DNA of 64,000 nucleotides from Myxococcales bacterium (GTDB taxonomy: Bacteria; Myxococcota_A; UBA9042; JABWCM01; BTVJ01): the NCBI GenBank assembly GCA_045863395.1, contig BTVJ01000019.1, positions 1 to 64,000 on the forward strand. The letters are read 5' to 3'. Each line of letters opens with the position of its first letter. The first letter of the stretch is position 1. The translations under genes and the position numbers were made by a program. Under the pieces are notes generated by a model, which worked only from the letters and a program-made list of their open reading frames with translations, did not search any database and was not told the origin of the DNA. This document shows positions 31,406-45,324 of this stretch, one piece after another.

Positions 31406-33028
31406 ATGAGCGCGCCCCTCCCGAACCCGACCAGCCGAGCCACAACGCCGCCGCTGCTGTGGATCCTGCTCGCCGTGGGGACCCTGGCGGCCGTCACCCC
31501 ACTTTGGGTGGTCGACGTGTTGCCCTTCCAGGATCTGCCCGGCCACCTGGCGACCGCGCGGGTGCTCCATGACCTGCGCGCCGGCTCGGAGCTGTACGCG
31601 AGGGTGTACGTCCAGGCCCCTGCCCCCCTCCCAAACACGCTGGTCTTCGCGCTGATGGACTGGCTGGCCGGGCTCATGCCGCTGCACGTGGCGGCGACCG
31701 TTACTCTGACGGCCGCGTCGGTGGCCCTCCCGCTGTCGTCCCTCGCGCTGGCCCGGACCTTCGGCCGCTCCCCGTGGCTGGCGCTGTTCTCCTTGTTCCT
31801 CGTCTTCAACTACCCGCTCGGGCGCGGCTTCCTCGCCTACGCGACGGGCATCCCCGTCCTGCTGCTCGCCATCGCTGCCGCCCACCAGGACGCGGTCCGA
31901 CCGTCGTGGAGCCGCCTCGTCACCCTCGCCGGCCTCATCGCCCTCGGCTTCTTCGCGCACGCGCAGATCTACCTCATGATCATGCTCTGCGGCGGCGTCG
32001 TGGTGGTCCTGTCGTGGGGTGGCTGGCGGGCCTTCCTGCGCCGCCTCGCACCCTACGCGCTGGGGTCCGTGCCGTTTGCCATCTGGTTCTGGCGGACCTT
32101 CGTCGCACGGGTCGGGCAGGCGCCCATCTCCTACAGCGCCGCCTCGGACGGCTTCGGGGCTCGCTGGACGCCGCTCGGCGATCTGATCGTCAGCGCGCGC
32201 CAGTTCGTCATCGCCATCTTCCCGTCCCGCGCCGACGAGGTGACCCTCGCCGGTATGGCCGTCCTGCTCGCGGTGCTGCTTGGGGTGCAGGTGGCTCACC
32301 GTCGCACGGGAGGCCGGACGGTCCAGGCCCTCCCAGGCTACCGGCCCTGGACGCTGCCCATCCTGACGGTGGTGATGTTCGTCTCCTACGTGGTCGTGCC
32401 TGCCCACATGAAGGGACAGGCATCCATCAGCTATCGCTTCCTCCCGGTCGCCGTGCTCCTCCTGTCCTTGTGCGGAGACATGCCCCGGCGGGCCTGGGTC
32501 GCCGCCGCCCTCGCCACCGCGATCACTGCGGGGGCCGCCGGGTGGAGCGCGCAGGTGGCCCGTGAGCTCCAGAGCTACGTCGCGACCAACGTCGGAGACA
32601 TCCGCGGGCTCATGGACCTGGCCCAGCCGGGACGCCGCCTCGCGTACCTGCGCCTCGACACCCGGAGCTACACCCAGCTCGAGTGGCGCACCGCCTGGTA
32701 CCTGGACTCCTGGTACATGGTCTTCCGCCACGGCCTGGTGCAGATGAACTTCCACTACACCTACCCGAACCACGTGGCGTATGCGCCCGGGAGGGAGCCT
32801 CCGCGCACTCCGCGCTCCGATCCGGAAGCGTTCTTCCGCAGGGGGCTCGACCAGTACTACGACTACCTCCTGATCTACGGGCCGGCCCACGTGGACTTTG
32901 GCGCGTTCGCCACCCGACTCCGGCTGCTCGGGCGCTCCGGGCGCCTCACCCTCTACGCCATCGAAGGGAGCGCAGAAGGCACCAGAGCTCCACCCGACCG
33001 CGATCCACGAGGCACGTCCCCCGGTTGA
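31406..33028 (+). CDS. Polytopic membrane protein, possible GT-C-fold glycosyltransferase
   Basis: Multiple hydrophobic helices, PFQDLPGHLA first-loop motif, soluble C-terminal domain. Confidence 0.65.
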   Translation: MSAPLPNPTSRATTPPLLWILLAVGTLAAVTPLWVVDVLPFQDLPGHLATARVLHDLRAGSELYARVYVQAPAPLPNTLVFALMDWLAGLMPLHVAATVTLTAASVALPLSSLALARTFGRSPWLALFSLFLVFNYPLGRGFLAYATGIPVLLLAIAAAHQDAVRPSWSRLVTLAGLIALGFFAHAQIYLMIMLCGGVVVVLSWGGWRAFLRRLAPYALGSVPFAIWFWRTFVARVGQAPISYSAASDGFGARWTPLGDLIVSARQFVIAIFPSRADEVTLAGMAVLLAVLLGVQVAHRRTGGRTVQALPGYRPWTLPILTVVMFVSYVVVPAHMKGQASISYRFLPVAVLLLSLCGDMPRRAWVAAALATAITAGAAGWSAQVARELQSYVATNVGDIRGLMDLAQPGRRLAYLRLDTRSYTQLEWRTAWYLDSWYMVFRHGLVQMNFHYTYPNHVAYAPGREPPRTPRSDPEAFFRRGLDQYYDYLLIYGPAHVDFGAFATRLRLLGRSGRLTLYAIEGSAEGTRAPPDRDPRGTSPG

Positions 33029-33053
33029 GCCCGCGCGGATCCGGTGGTACCTT
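33025..33053 (+). promoter_or_regulatory. Sigma70 promoter (leaderless) for the sulfatase-like gene
   Basis: TTGAGC-N17-TACCTT with TG extension, 8 nt before GTG 33062. Confidence 0.55.
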
Positions 33054-33061
33054 TCGCGCCC

Positions 33062-35287
33062 GTGAACGTCCTGGGACATCTGGCACTCGCCTCCGTGACG
33101 GCGCTCATCGTGGGGGCCGTCGACGGGTTTGCCGCAGGATGGCTGACCCAGCACGGCCTCGGCGTAGCGCTGTATGGCGCGCTGCTTGGCGCCGGGCTGG
33201 CCGCGCCCATCGGGCTCGCCGTGGGCGCCGCGCAGGGGGTCGCCTTCGCGGTCCTGCGTCGCCTCCCGCTGTGGCGCCGCCTCGCAGGCTCCGTGACCGG
33301 CGCGTGGGTCCGGTTCGCCGCCGGCGACCGGGACGGCGTCCTCGTGCTGCACGCCATGGGCGCAGCCATCCTCCTGCTGGCCGCAGGCTTCGTCCTCGTG
33401 GTCCGGCGCATCGCGCCCGCGCTGTGGGAGCTCCCCGAGGCCGCCTTCGGCCAGACGATCCTCGTCGCCCTCGTCGTCCTGGGCCTCGCCGGCGCGTCCA
33501 TCGCGCTGATCCCCCTGGCGGCCCTGCTGCACGCGGCGCTGCGCCAGGTCGAGCGACTGGTCCGGATTCCGTGGCCCCGGCCCGCGGCGGTGCGCTACTT
33601 GCTCTATGTGGCCCTTCCGGCAAGCGCGCTCCTCGTGCCCTTCGTCAAGGAGCACCACCGGGAGCTCGGCGCCGCAGGGGCCGCGCCCGCACTGCTCCTG
33701 TTCCTGGTCATCGAGGGCGCGGTGTGGCACGCCCTGCGCGGCGTGCAGCGGCTCGCGCGGTTCTCACCCCGCGCGGTGGTCCGGCTTCGGGCGGGTGCCG
33801 TCCTCGCAGGGCTCGGCGCCCTCGGCGCGACCGTCGCGCTGTGGGACGTCGCGTCGCCCGCAGCGGGCGCGCTGGAGCGCTCGTGGCTCAGCGGCGGCGA
33901 GGCCTCGCTGCTCCGCCGCGCCTCGGACGTCGACCGGGACGGCTTCTCCTCGCTGCTCGGCGGCGGGGACTGCGCCCCCTTCGACCGGCGCCGCAGCCCA
34001 GGCGCCCGGGACGAGCCGGGAAACGCCGTCGACGAGGACTGCAACGGCGCCGACGCCACCGCGACAGGCGGCCCTCGCCTGCGGCGCTACCTGGGGACAC
34101 TGGACCCGTCCCTCGTCCGCCGGTGGAACGTCGTCTGGATCATCATCGACGCCGTGCGCGCCGACCACGTGGGCGCGCTGGGCTACAAGCGCGACACGAC
34201 GCCCTATCTGGACGCCCTGGCCGCGGAGTCCCTGCTGTTCTCGCAGGCACGGTCCCAGTCCTCGGGCACCGATCTCTCCATCCCGAGCATGATGGCCGGT
34301 CAGGACCCGAGCTCCATGGACTGGCTGACGGACCGCCCGTTCTATGGACTGGGACCTGGAGTGACCACACTGGCGGAGCGCCTGGACGAGCTGGGCTACC
34401 GGTCGGCCATGTACGTCAACGCCTGGATCCACAAGAACGTGAGAGACTACGGACGTGGGTTCCAGGAGGCGCGCTCCACCTACGCCCACGACGAGTGGAA
34501 GATCTGGTCGAAGCGCAGCTCCCCGCTGATGACCACCCGCGCCATCGAGCGCATCGAGCGGTGGGACCTCGAGCGACAGAGGGCGCCGTTCTTCCTCGCG
34601 CTCTACTATGAGGATCCGCACCACACCTACGAGGTCCACGGCGACAAGGGCTACCCGACGTTCGGGAGCAGCGACGTGGACCGCTTCGACGGTGAGATCG
34701 CGTTCGCCGACCGCAACGTGGGCGTGCTGCTGGAGCACCTGCGCCACAAGCCCGAGGTGTGGAACAACACGGTGGTCATCGTGACGGCCGACCACGGCGA
34801 GGAGTTCCGGGAGCACGGCGGCCGCTTCCACAACCGCACGTGCTACGAGGAGTCGACGCGCGTGCCCCTGATCGTCCGGGTCCCTGGGCTGCCACCCCAG
34901 CGCATCGACGCGCCCGTGGCTCTGGTGGACGTGGTGCCCGCAATCCTGGAGCTGTTGGGCGTGCCCGAAGACGACCCACGGCTGACGGGCCAGAGCCTGC
35001 TCGTGCCGGCGCTCGAGCCCGACGCGCTGGCGTCGCGGGTCATCCCGTGCGCCGTCCATACCCGCAACACGGGGGCCAACGGCTTCAAGGTGCGGTCGGT
35101 GGTCGTCGACGGGTTGAAGCTCATCCACAACGTGATCGAGGGGACCTGGGAGCTCTACGACCTGGAGGCCGACCCGCGGGAGCGGCGCTCGCTGAGCGAC
35201 CACCCGGAGCAGGCCGAGACCCTGGAGCGCCTGAGGCGTGTCCTCGATCAGACTGCCCGGGTCGCGGGCGGAGGCCCCGGCACCTGA
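33062..35287 (+). CDS. Membrane-anchored sulfatase-like hydrolase/transferase (alkaline phosphatase superfamily)
   Basis: N-terminal TM bundle; one MopE-type repeat (GNAVDEDCNG); IIIDAVRADH, DPH, TADHGEEF, RVPLIV, ELYDLEADP. Confidence 0.85.
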   Translation: MNVLGHLALASVTALIVGAVDGFAAGWLTQHGLGVALYGALLGAGLAAPIGLAVGAAQGVAFAVLRRLPLWRRLAGSVTGAWVRFAAGDRDGVLVLHAMGAAILLLAAGFVLVVRRIAPALWELPEAAFGQTILVALVVLGLAGASIALIPLAALLHAALRQVERLVRIPWPRPAAVRYLLYVALPASALLVPFVKEHHRELGAAGAAPALLLFLVIEGAVWHALRGVQRLARFSPRAVVRLRAGAVLAGLGALGATVALWDVASPAAGALERSWLSGGEASLLRRASDVDRDGFSSLLGGGDCAPFDRRRSPGARDEPGNAVDEDCNGADATATGGPRLRRYLGTLDPSLVRRWNVVWIIIDAVRADHVGALGYKRDTTPYLDALAAESLLFSQARSQSSGTDLSIPSMMAGQDPSSMDWLTDRPFYGLGPGVTTLAERLDELGYRSAMYVNAWIHKNVRDYGRGFQEARSTYAHDEWKIWSKRSSPLMTTRAIERIERWDLERQRAPFFLALYYEDPHHTYEVHGDKGYPTFGSSDVDRFDGEIAFADRNVGVLLEHLRHKPEVWNNTVVIVTADHGEEFREHGGRFHNRTCYEESTRVPLIVRVPGLPPQRIDAPVALVDVVPAILELLGVPEDDPRLTGQSLLVPALEPDALASRVIPCAVHTRNTGANGFKVRSVVVDGLKLIHNVIEGTWELYDLEADPRERRSLSDHPEQAETLERLRRVLDQTARVAGGGPGT

Positions 35288-35303
35288 TCGCGCGAGGCGG
35301 GGG

Positions 35304-37229
35304 TCAGGGGAGAGACACGCCGTATCGCCACAGCGCATAGACCGCCTTGTCGACGCAGCCGACGACGACGCGATCCCCCGAGATGACCGGCGTGGCGTGG
35401 AGGCTCGCGCCCACCTGGAAGGCGAAGCGCTCTGCGCCGGTCGCGGCGTCCAGTGCGTGGAGCACGCCCGTCGTCGACCCGATGTAGAGGGTGCCGTCCC
35501 CATCGATCACGGGGGAGGAGTAGGAGATGCCGCCGAGCTTGGCGGTCCACTCGACGGTCCCCTCGTCCGCGTCGAGGCGGTAGACCTGCTTGAAGGTGGA
35601 CGCGACGTAGAGCGACCCGTCGCCAGGCGCCAGCAAGGTGCCCCACACCTGGCCCTTGACCTCGGCCTGCCACTCCAGCCCTCCCGCCGGAGTGAGCGAG
35701 TAGACCCACCCGTCGTTGCTGCCGACGTAGACCGCCTTGGTGACGGGATCGATGGCCGGACGGGACCAGATCTCCCCGCCGGTCTTGTGGGACCAGCCCA
35801 CGGCGCCGCCGTTGATCGCGTACAGCGAGCCGTCCTGGGAGCCCATGTAGACCGTGCCGTCATCGGCCACCGCCGGTGAGGCCGAGATCAACCCCGGCAG
35901 CGACGCCTTCCACTGCTGGCCGCCGTCGGAGGTCGCGAGGGCGACCACGTCCCCGCCCATCACCGGTGCAATGACCAGCCCCCCATGGACCGCCGGAGTA
36001 CCCCCGCAGGACCCGCCCACGTTGATGCTCCAAGCGTCGCCTCCCCATGCCTCGTAGGCGCGCACGTACCCGTCGGTGCCGCACACGAAGAACCTCCCCG
36101 ACTCGCCGTCCGCCACCACTCCACCCGCAAGCTCCTTCTGCAGGTCCAGGGTGAACGCGCTCCCACCGTCAGGGTTCAGCCCCTCTACGTGGCCGTTCAC
36201 CGTCGTCGCCACGAGCGCCGAGCCGAGGGGTGCAACGGGAGCCCAGACCTCGCCCGCCAGCTCCTTCTTCCAGGAGAGGCGCCGATGCACCACCACCGTG
36301 TGCGTGGTCTCGGACTCCTGTCCCTGCGCGTCCACAGCCTCCACGGTCACGTCCAGCGCCTTTGGGAGCTGCGCCGGCGTCAGCAGCAGCGCCGAGGGCT
36401 CCACGGACGCGGACCAAGGGGCCTCCAGGTCCTCGCCGACCAGCAAGCCATTGATTCGGAAGCTCACGGACGCGATGGGCGCAGCGTCGGTGACCTCCGC
36501 CGAGAGCGCGATGGGACCGTCCTCGAAGAACAGGGTCGCCCCCTGCGCCGGGAGGAGAGACACGATCACCGGCGGGTCGTTGTCGAAGATGGCGGTCACC
36601 TCGGCGGACTTGGCCTGCCCGTCGGCGCTGGCGGTCGACGCCCGGATCGTGTGCTTCCCCGGCGCCCACGCCAGGGTGTCGATGGCCGCCACGAAAGGCG
36701 GGATCAGGTCGGTGTAGAGCGGCAGCCCGTCCACCTGGAACTCCACCCCCAGGACGCCGCTCGGGCCGGCGACCGTCGCCTCGACCAGCGCCACGCCGGT
36801 GAGGTAGGGCCCAGGGAGCTTGACCGAGATCGTCAGGGGTGGGGGCGGCACATCGGGGGCGACGTCCACGGGCCCCGCGTCGGTGCCACCCGTCGGGCCC
36901 GTGTCCGCCACGGTGGTGTCCACGACGGCGACTGCGCCCGTGTCCTCCGTGGCGTCCGGCTCCGACCATCCGCCGGCGTCGGCGCCGGTGTCCTTGGTCG
37001 CACCATTGGTCGCGTCCACGGTGAACACCGGGCCGCCGCTCTTGTCCTCGGGGACGCACGCCCACAGGCCGTCCGTCGGCACGAGGACGCACTCGAAGCC
37101 AGCGCTGCACGCGAGCGCCACGTTCCGGCAGTCGCCCTGCTCGCCGGACGCGACCTCATCTGCGGCGCAGGCCGCCAGAGACGCCAGCACGCACACCAAC
37201 GGGGCACGGACTCCTGCACGGCTCAACAT
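35304..37229 (-). CDS. Lipoprotein with two Ig-like domains and a PQQ-like (BamB-type) beta-propeller
   Basis: Lipobox LAAC; VEFQVDG and FRING Ig repeats; SPAV...GSxDGxLYA...W propeller blades. AGGAGG RBS. Confidence 0.82.
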   Translation of the reverse strand: MLSRAGVRAPLVCVLASLAACAADEVASGEQGDCRNVALACSAGFECVLVPTDGLWACVPEDKSGGPVFTVDATNGATKDTGADAGGWSEPDATEDTGAVAVVDTTVADTGPTGGTDAGPVDVAPDVPPPPLTISVKLPGPYLTGVALVEATVAGPSGVLGVEFQVDGLPLYTDLIPPFVAAIDTLAWAPGKHTIRASTASADGQAKSAEVTAIFDNDPPVIVSLLPAQGATLFFEDGPIALSAEVTDAAPIASVSFRINGLLVGEDLEAPWSASVEPSALLLTPAQLPKALDVTVEAVDAQGQESETTHTVVVHRRLSWKKELAGEVWAPVAPLGSALVATTVNGHVEGLNPDGGSAFTLDLQKELAGGVVADGESGRFFVCGTDGYVRAYEAWGGDAWSINVGGSCGGTPAVHGGLVIAPVMGGDVVALATSDGGQQWKASLPGLISASPAVADDGTVYMGSQDGSLYAINGGAVGWSHKTGGEIWSRPAIDPVTKAVYVGSNDGWVYSLTPAGGLEWQAEVKGQVWGTLLAPGDGSLYVASTFKQVYRLDADEGTVEWTAKLGGISYSSPVIDGDGTLYIGSTTGVLHALDAATGAERFAFQVGASLHATPVISGDRVVVGCVDKAVYALWRYGVSLP

Positions 37230-37293
37230 CGCACCCTCCTGCGGGGCCGGAAGGACACCACAGAGGCCCCCCCGATGGCAAGCGCCAGGGACA

Positions 37294-41067
<3,774 letters not shown>

Positions 41068-41268
41068 TCCATCCTCCGGGGGCAGGCGAGGGCCGGTGGC
41101 CGTGGTCTCGCCGGGTTCAGGGTCGCGCCCCATGATCGGCGCAGAGCGCCGGAGGATCAAGTGCGCAGGGGTTCCCGAGTCGCGAAGGTGGCTTGGCCGA
41201 ACTCATGGCGCCGCCCGGGTGGGCTCCGGGCGACCTCGAGCAGGACGCCCCAGGGGAGCGCGGACGAC

Positions 41269-42327
41269 CTACCACCGGGCCTCGATGCCAGCGGTGACCG
41301 CCAGGTCCACCCACCGCCTGTAGAGCGCGCCGAAGGAGCCGCCCACCTCCGGCAGGGGCGCGGAGCCGAGGGGGATCTCCAGGCCGAACGACGGGTGGAC
41401 GGGCCCGAAGTGCGCCTCCAGCCCGAGCGCCGCCACGTGGGCGCCCAGAGCCAGCGGTCCCGAGGCCGTCACCTGACCCACCGCCTCCAGGACCACCGAC
41501 AGAGAGGCGTCGGGGGTGAGGATCACAGCGGCCTCGTACCCAAAGGCCACGGTCGTGTCCGGGGGGGCGCCGCTGCCTCCGGGCGCGACGAGCGGGAGCG
41601 AGAGCCCGACCTGCAGGGTCAGCACGCCCGCCTCCAGGGCGCCGAGGACGTAGGGAGTGAAGCCCACGACCCCCGGCACGAGGCGCCCCGTGGCCAGCCG
41701 CTCCGCCGCTGCGCCGCTCCGCGCCGAGGCGGTTGGGAGCGACAGCTCTGCGCCCCAGGTGAGCGCCAGGGCGAGACCAGGATCGAAGAGGTGCCCTACC
41801 CGGGCATCCAGGGTCAGGTTGCCGAGGGCCGCCGTCGCGTCCGTGTCGAGGGCCAGGACCACCAGCGGCAGCAGCGCCGTCAGCTCCACGTCCTCGCCGG
41901 TCCAGGTCGCCCAGGCCTCGATGGTGAACGGGGCCAGGGGCTCCCCGTCGTGGGCGAGCACGGTCACCGCCTCCACGGGCTCGCGGCTGGCGATGAAGTC
42001 GATGGACTCCAGCGCCTCCCGCTGGGACGGGGTCAGGCCGGGCTGGCCGAGCCACAGCGAGCCGAAGAGCTCGTCCGAGACGCTCTGGAGCAGCTCCAGG
42101 CTGATTCGGGGCGCAAGGTCCATCACGGCCCGCGCGCTCGGGTGCAGGGCGGCGTAATCCCGCATCACCTGCTTCGCCTCGGCCAGGAGCGGCGCGACGC
42201 GGAGGCGCGCGCCGACGGCGATGGGGCGGACGGCGGGAGGCTTGACGGCACGACCGACCAGGGGCTTGGCGCGGGTGAACGGCTCGCCGCCGAGGAGGGC
42301 GGCCGCAACGAGCAGCGCGGGGCTCAC
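41269..42327 (-). CDS. Hypothetical exported protein, possible outer-membrane beta-barrel
   Basis: Hydrophobic N-terminus, alternating beta-strands, terminal AGIEARW. GTGA overlap with the upstream gene. Confidence 0.55.
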   Translation of the reverse strand: MSPALLVAAALLGGEPFTRAKPLVGRAVKPPAVRPIAVGARLRVAPLLAEAKQVMRDYAALHPSARAVMDLAPRISLELLQSVSDELFGSLWLGQPGLTPSQREALESIDFIASREPVEAVTVLAHDGEPLAPFTIEAWATWTGEDVELTALLPLVVLALDTDATAALGNLTLDARVGHLFDPGLALALTWGAELSLPTASARSGAAAERLATGRLVPGVVGFTPYVLGALEAGVLTLQVGLSLPLVAPGGSGAPPDTTVAFGYEAAVILTPDASLSVVLEAVGQVTASGPLALGAHVAALGLEAHFGPVHPSFGLEIPLGSAPLPEVGGSFGALYRRWVDLAVTAGIEARW

Positions 42328-42827
42328 TCCCTCTCGAGGAGCAGGGGCTCGGAGAGGATCCGGTCCGTCACGAACTCGACGATGCGGGTGGCGGATCGTT
42401 GGAGCAGCGCCGTGTCCAGGCTGGCGAGAGCGGGGTCGTCCGGACCGTGCCCCACCAGGTGGAGGATCTCCCCCAGCTCCGGGTGCTCGGGCTGCACCGA
42501 GATGGAGCCGTCGTCGTTCTCGACCCGGCGCTGGCCCTCCAGGTGGCTCTCGAGCTGGTAGAGGAGGTAGTGGGGGTACCCGAGGCGCGGGTTCTCGAAG
42601 TTCAGCCCCAGGGCCTCGTAGAGGTGCAGGCCGCCGGTGGCTCGCTCGGCGACGTCGATGAACCAGCGGGCGGCGTCGGCGAGGCGCCCCTCGGAGACGG
42701 CTCGGGTGCCCGCGGCGAAGGACGCAGAGATGCCGCGCAGATCGTCAAGCATGGCCGCGTGGTCCTCTCGGCGCTTCTCGGGGTCCTTGGCATACTCGAG
42801 GTCGATGGGGCGAATCGGTCGGTCCAC
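42324..42827 (-). CDS. Hypothetical protein (167 aa)
   Basis: GAGGAGG RBS before GTG 42827; strong GC3 codon pattern; upstream promoter. Confidence 0.65.
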   Translation of the reverse strand: MDRPIRPIDLEYAKDPEKRREDHAAMLDDLRGISASFAAGTRAVSEGRLADAARWFIDVAERATGGLHLYEALGLNFENPRLGYPHYLLYQLESHLEGQRRVENDDGSISVQPEHPELGEILHLVGHGPDDPALASLDTALLQRSATRIVEFVTDRILSEPLLLERE

Positions 42828-42869
42828 GGTCGTCCTCCTCGCGGGGTCGTAGCGCTCACCCGGGCTCCG

Positions 42870-42898
42870 ATTGTGTTCGGATCCGGGCGCCGGGTCAA
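42870..42898 (-). promoter_or_regulatory. Sigma70 promoter
   Basis: TTGACC-N17-CACAAT on the minus strand. Confidence 0.6.
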
Positions 42899-42964
42899 TC
42901 ACGCGCTGGCCACGCGCGCGGGGATGCCCTATGATGCCTCCGGCCCGGACCCACGGTGGATGTC

Positions 42965-43861
42965 ATGCACACAAGAACGCACCTGTTGCGCCTCGGTACT
43001 CTGTGCGCGGCGCTCCTGCTGGGCGGCGCTGCGGGCGCCCGCCCCCTCGGCGAACCCTGGGCCCTGGTCCCCTGGGGCGACGCGGGGCTCTCGCCCGGTG
43101 GAGGAGAGCGCCAGGCCGTCGGACCCACGGCCCTCGCCGCCAGCGACGGTGCGGTCTGGATCGCGGACGCGGCCAACGAGCGCCTCCTGCGGGTCGGCCA
43201 AGGAGGAGTGGAGGCGAGCATCCCCTTGGGCTTCGCGCCGGAGGACGTCAGAGTCGCGGGCACCCCCTTCGCTCTGGCGGCCGACCTGGAGACCGTCGCC
43301 TTCGCGCGCCCGTCGGGCGTCCAGCGTGTGAGGGCGGGCCTGACGGAGGTGCGCGGCCTCGCCGTCGCCCCGGACGGGGCAGCCTGGGTGGTCGACGCGC
43401 AGGGGCACGGCGCGCCGATCCTGGCACCGGCCGCGGACGGCTCGCGGGCGGAGCCCTTGGGCGCTCGCCACGGCGTCGGGCGCGTAGACGGACCGCGGCA
43501 GGGGCGAGCGCTGCTCTGGGAGTGGAACGACCCCGCTGACCTGAAGCGCGCGCCCGTCGTGGAGCTCCCCATTCGCACCGACCTGCCGCTCGGCCTCGTC
43601 CGGCCGCTCCGCGCACACGCCGACGGCACCGTGACCGTCCTCCTGGAGCTGCTCGCCTCCACGTCGCCGGTCGCCGTCACGGCGGAGGTGCGGCGCATGG
43701 ACGCAGCGGGGCGCGTGCTCGACGCGGTGAGCTTCCAGGTGTCCGGCGTCGCGCCCGCCAACCGCTACGTGGACGTGGAGGCCGACGGGACCCTGTGGAT
43801 CATGCAGGCCCGCGAAGACGGCCTCGCCCTGTGGCGCCTCGCCCCGGGAGGTGCCCGATGA
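42965..43861 (+). CDS. Secreted hypothetical protein, probable beta-propeller
   Basis: Signal peptide; DGAVWIADAAN, DGAAWVVD and DGTLWIM blades. ATGA-coupled to the next gene. Confidence 0.7.
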   Translation: MHTRTHLLRLGTLCAALLLGGAAGARPLGEPWALVPWGDAGLSPGGGERQAVGPTALAASDGAVWIADAANERLLRVGQGGVEASIPLGFAPEDVRVAGTPFALAADLETVAFARPSGVQRVRAGLTEVRGLAVAPDGAAWVVDAQGHGAPILAPAADGSRAEPLGARHGVGRVDGPRQGRALLWEWNDPADLKRAPVVELPIRTDLPLGLVRPLRAHADGTVTVLLELLASTSPVAVTAEVRRMDAAGRVLDAVSFQVSGVAPANRYVDVEADGTLWIMQAREDGLALWRLAPGGAR

Positions 43862-45324
43862 GCCGCCCTGCCCTCCTTCTGGCGCTGCTCTGCGCGACGG
43901 ACGCGGCGGCGATCACCCGCGGCGAGATCATGGCCCGCGCCAAGGCCTACGCCGACGAGACGTGGACCTGCACCGCGGCCAACACCAAGGCGTCCTGCAC
44001 GACCGGCTACACCAGCGACTACGGCCCCGGAACGTACAAGGGACTCCCCTACGACTGGGGCGGCTACGTGGAGCTGGACCAGTTCCACGCACAGCTCGCC
44101 GCTGGCCAAGGCGCGGGGAGCCACTCGTGGCATGGCGTGCTGTCCTGCACGACGGGCGTCGACTGCTCGGGCTACGTGTCCAAGTGCTGGAAGGGCCCAC
44201 ACAAGTCGACCTCCACCATGCACACGGTCGCCTACGAGATCACCAAGGAGCTGCTCGCCCCTGGAGACGCCTGGAATGACCCGGGCAGCCACATCGTGCT
44301 CTGGGCGGGTACGGCGGGCAACGGGGCGCCCCTGTTCTACGAGGCCTCCGGCTCCGCGAAGAAGGTGCGGTACAATACGGGGGCGAGCTGGTCCTACCTG
44401 GTCGGCTACAAGCCGGTGCGTTACCAGTACGTGGAGGACGACGGCGCCCCCATCCCCGGCGGCAAGGCAAACCCCATCGTCATCGCGTCCTTCCCGTTCC
44501 ACCACGACTACAGCACGCAGGCCACGGGGAGCAGCATCTACGACACCTACTCGTGCATGCCCCAGACCGGCGCCGAGAAGGGACCCGAGGTCTTCTACCG
44601 CATCGACGTGGGCCAGCCGGGGCACCTGGAGGCTCACGTCTCCGACGGGGCCGGGGTGGACGTGGACCTGCACCTGCTCTCGGCGCTGGATCCCATGGCC
44701 TGCCTGGCGCGGGACGACCTGGACGTCGGGCCCATCGCTGTGTCGCCAGGGACATACTGGCTCATCGTCGACACCTGGTCCAACGCCAGCGGGGTGAGCT
44801 ACCCGGGCGCCTACGCGCTGGACGTGGACTTCGTGGCGACGGCGCCTCCACTGCCTCCCGAGGACCAGGAGCCGCCGGCCGACCCGCCCGCGGACCCGGC
44901 CGACCCGCCTGCGGACCCGGCCGACCCGCCAGATCCCCCGGCGGATCCTCCGGCCGACCCGCCGGTCGACGCCCCTGTGGACGCCGAGGACGCGGGCCCC
45001 ACCCCACCAGCCCCAGTGGACGCGGGAGCGCGCGGCGGGAGTCTCCCCGGCGCGCCCGACGGGTGGGGCGGCGCGGCGCCCAACGGCGTGCCCGGGGCAG
45101 GCGACCCAGAGGACGGCCTCTCCTGGGGCGAGCCGTCGCCGTCCGCCCAAGGAGGCGGGTTCGCCGCGCCGGTCGGGCAGCCGACGGGAGGGCCTGGCCA
45201 GGCGGCGCTGACGTCGAAGCCCGAGGAGGGTTGTGGAGCCACGCCTGGCGCCAGCGGACACGCTCCGTGGCTCGTCCTCGCCCTGGCGCTGCTGGCGCGC
45301 TCCAGGCGCCGCGCGGTGCAGTAG
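43858..45324 (+). CDS. NlpC/P60-like cysteine hydrolase with PPC-like domain, Pro/Asp linker and MYXO-CTERM-like anchor
   Basis: GLPYDWGG, GVDCSGYVSKCW, PGSHIVL; DVDLHLL...PGTYWLIVD; EEGC...WLVLALALLARSRRR. Confidence 0.8.
   Translation: MSRPALLLALLCATDAAAITRGEIMARAKAYADETWTCTAANTKASCTTGYTSDYGPGTYKGLPYDWGGYVELDQFHAQLAAGQGAGSHSWHGVLSCTTGVDCSGYVSKCWKGPHKSTSTMHTVAYEITKELLAPGDAWNDPGSHIVLWAGTAGNGAPLFYEASGSAKKVRYNTGASWSYLVGYKPVRYQYVEDDGAPIPGGKANPIVIASFPFHHDYSTQATGSSIYDTYSCMPQTGAEKGPEVFYRIDVGQPGHLEAHVSDGAGVDVDLHLLSALDPMACLARDDLDVGPIAVSPGTYWLIVDTWSNASGVSYPGAYALDVDFVATAPPLPPEDQEPPADPPADPADPPADPADPPDPPADPPADPPVDAPVDAEDAGPTPPAPVDAGARGGSLPGAPDGWGGAAPNGVPGAGDPEDGLSWGEPSPSAQGGGFAAPVGQPTGGPGQAALTSKPEEGCGATPGASGHAPWLVLALALLARSRRRAVQ
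44872..44963 (+). repeat. Coding tandem repeat (PPAD/PAD)
   Basis: Near-identical 21-bp unit CCGGCCGACCCGCCYGCGGAC twice, plus degenerate copies. Confidence 0.8.
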
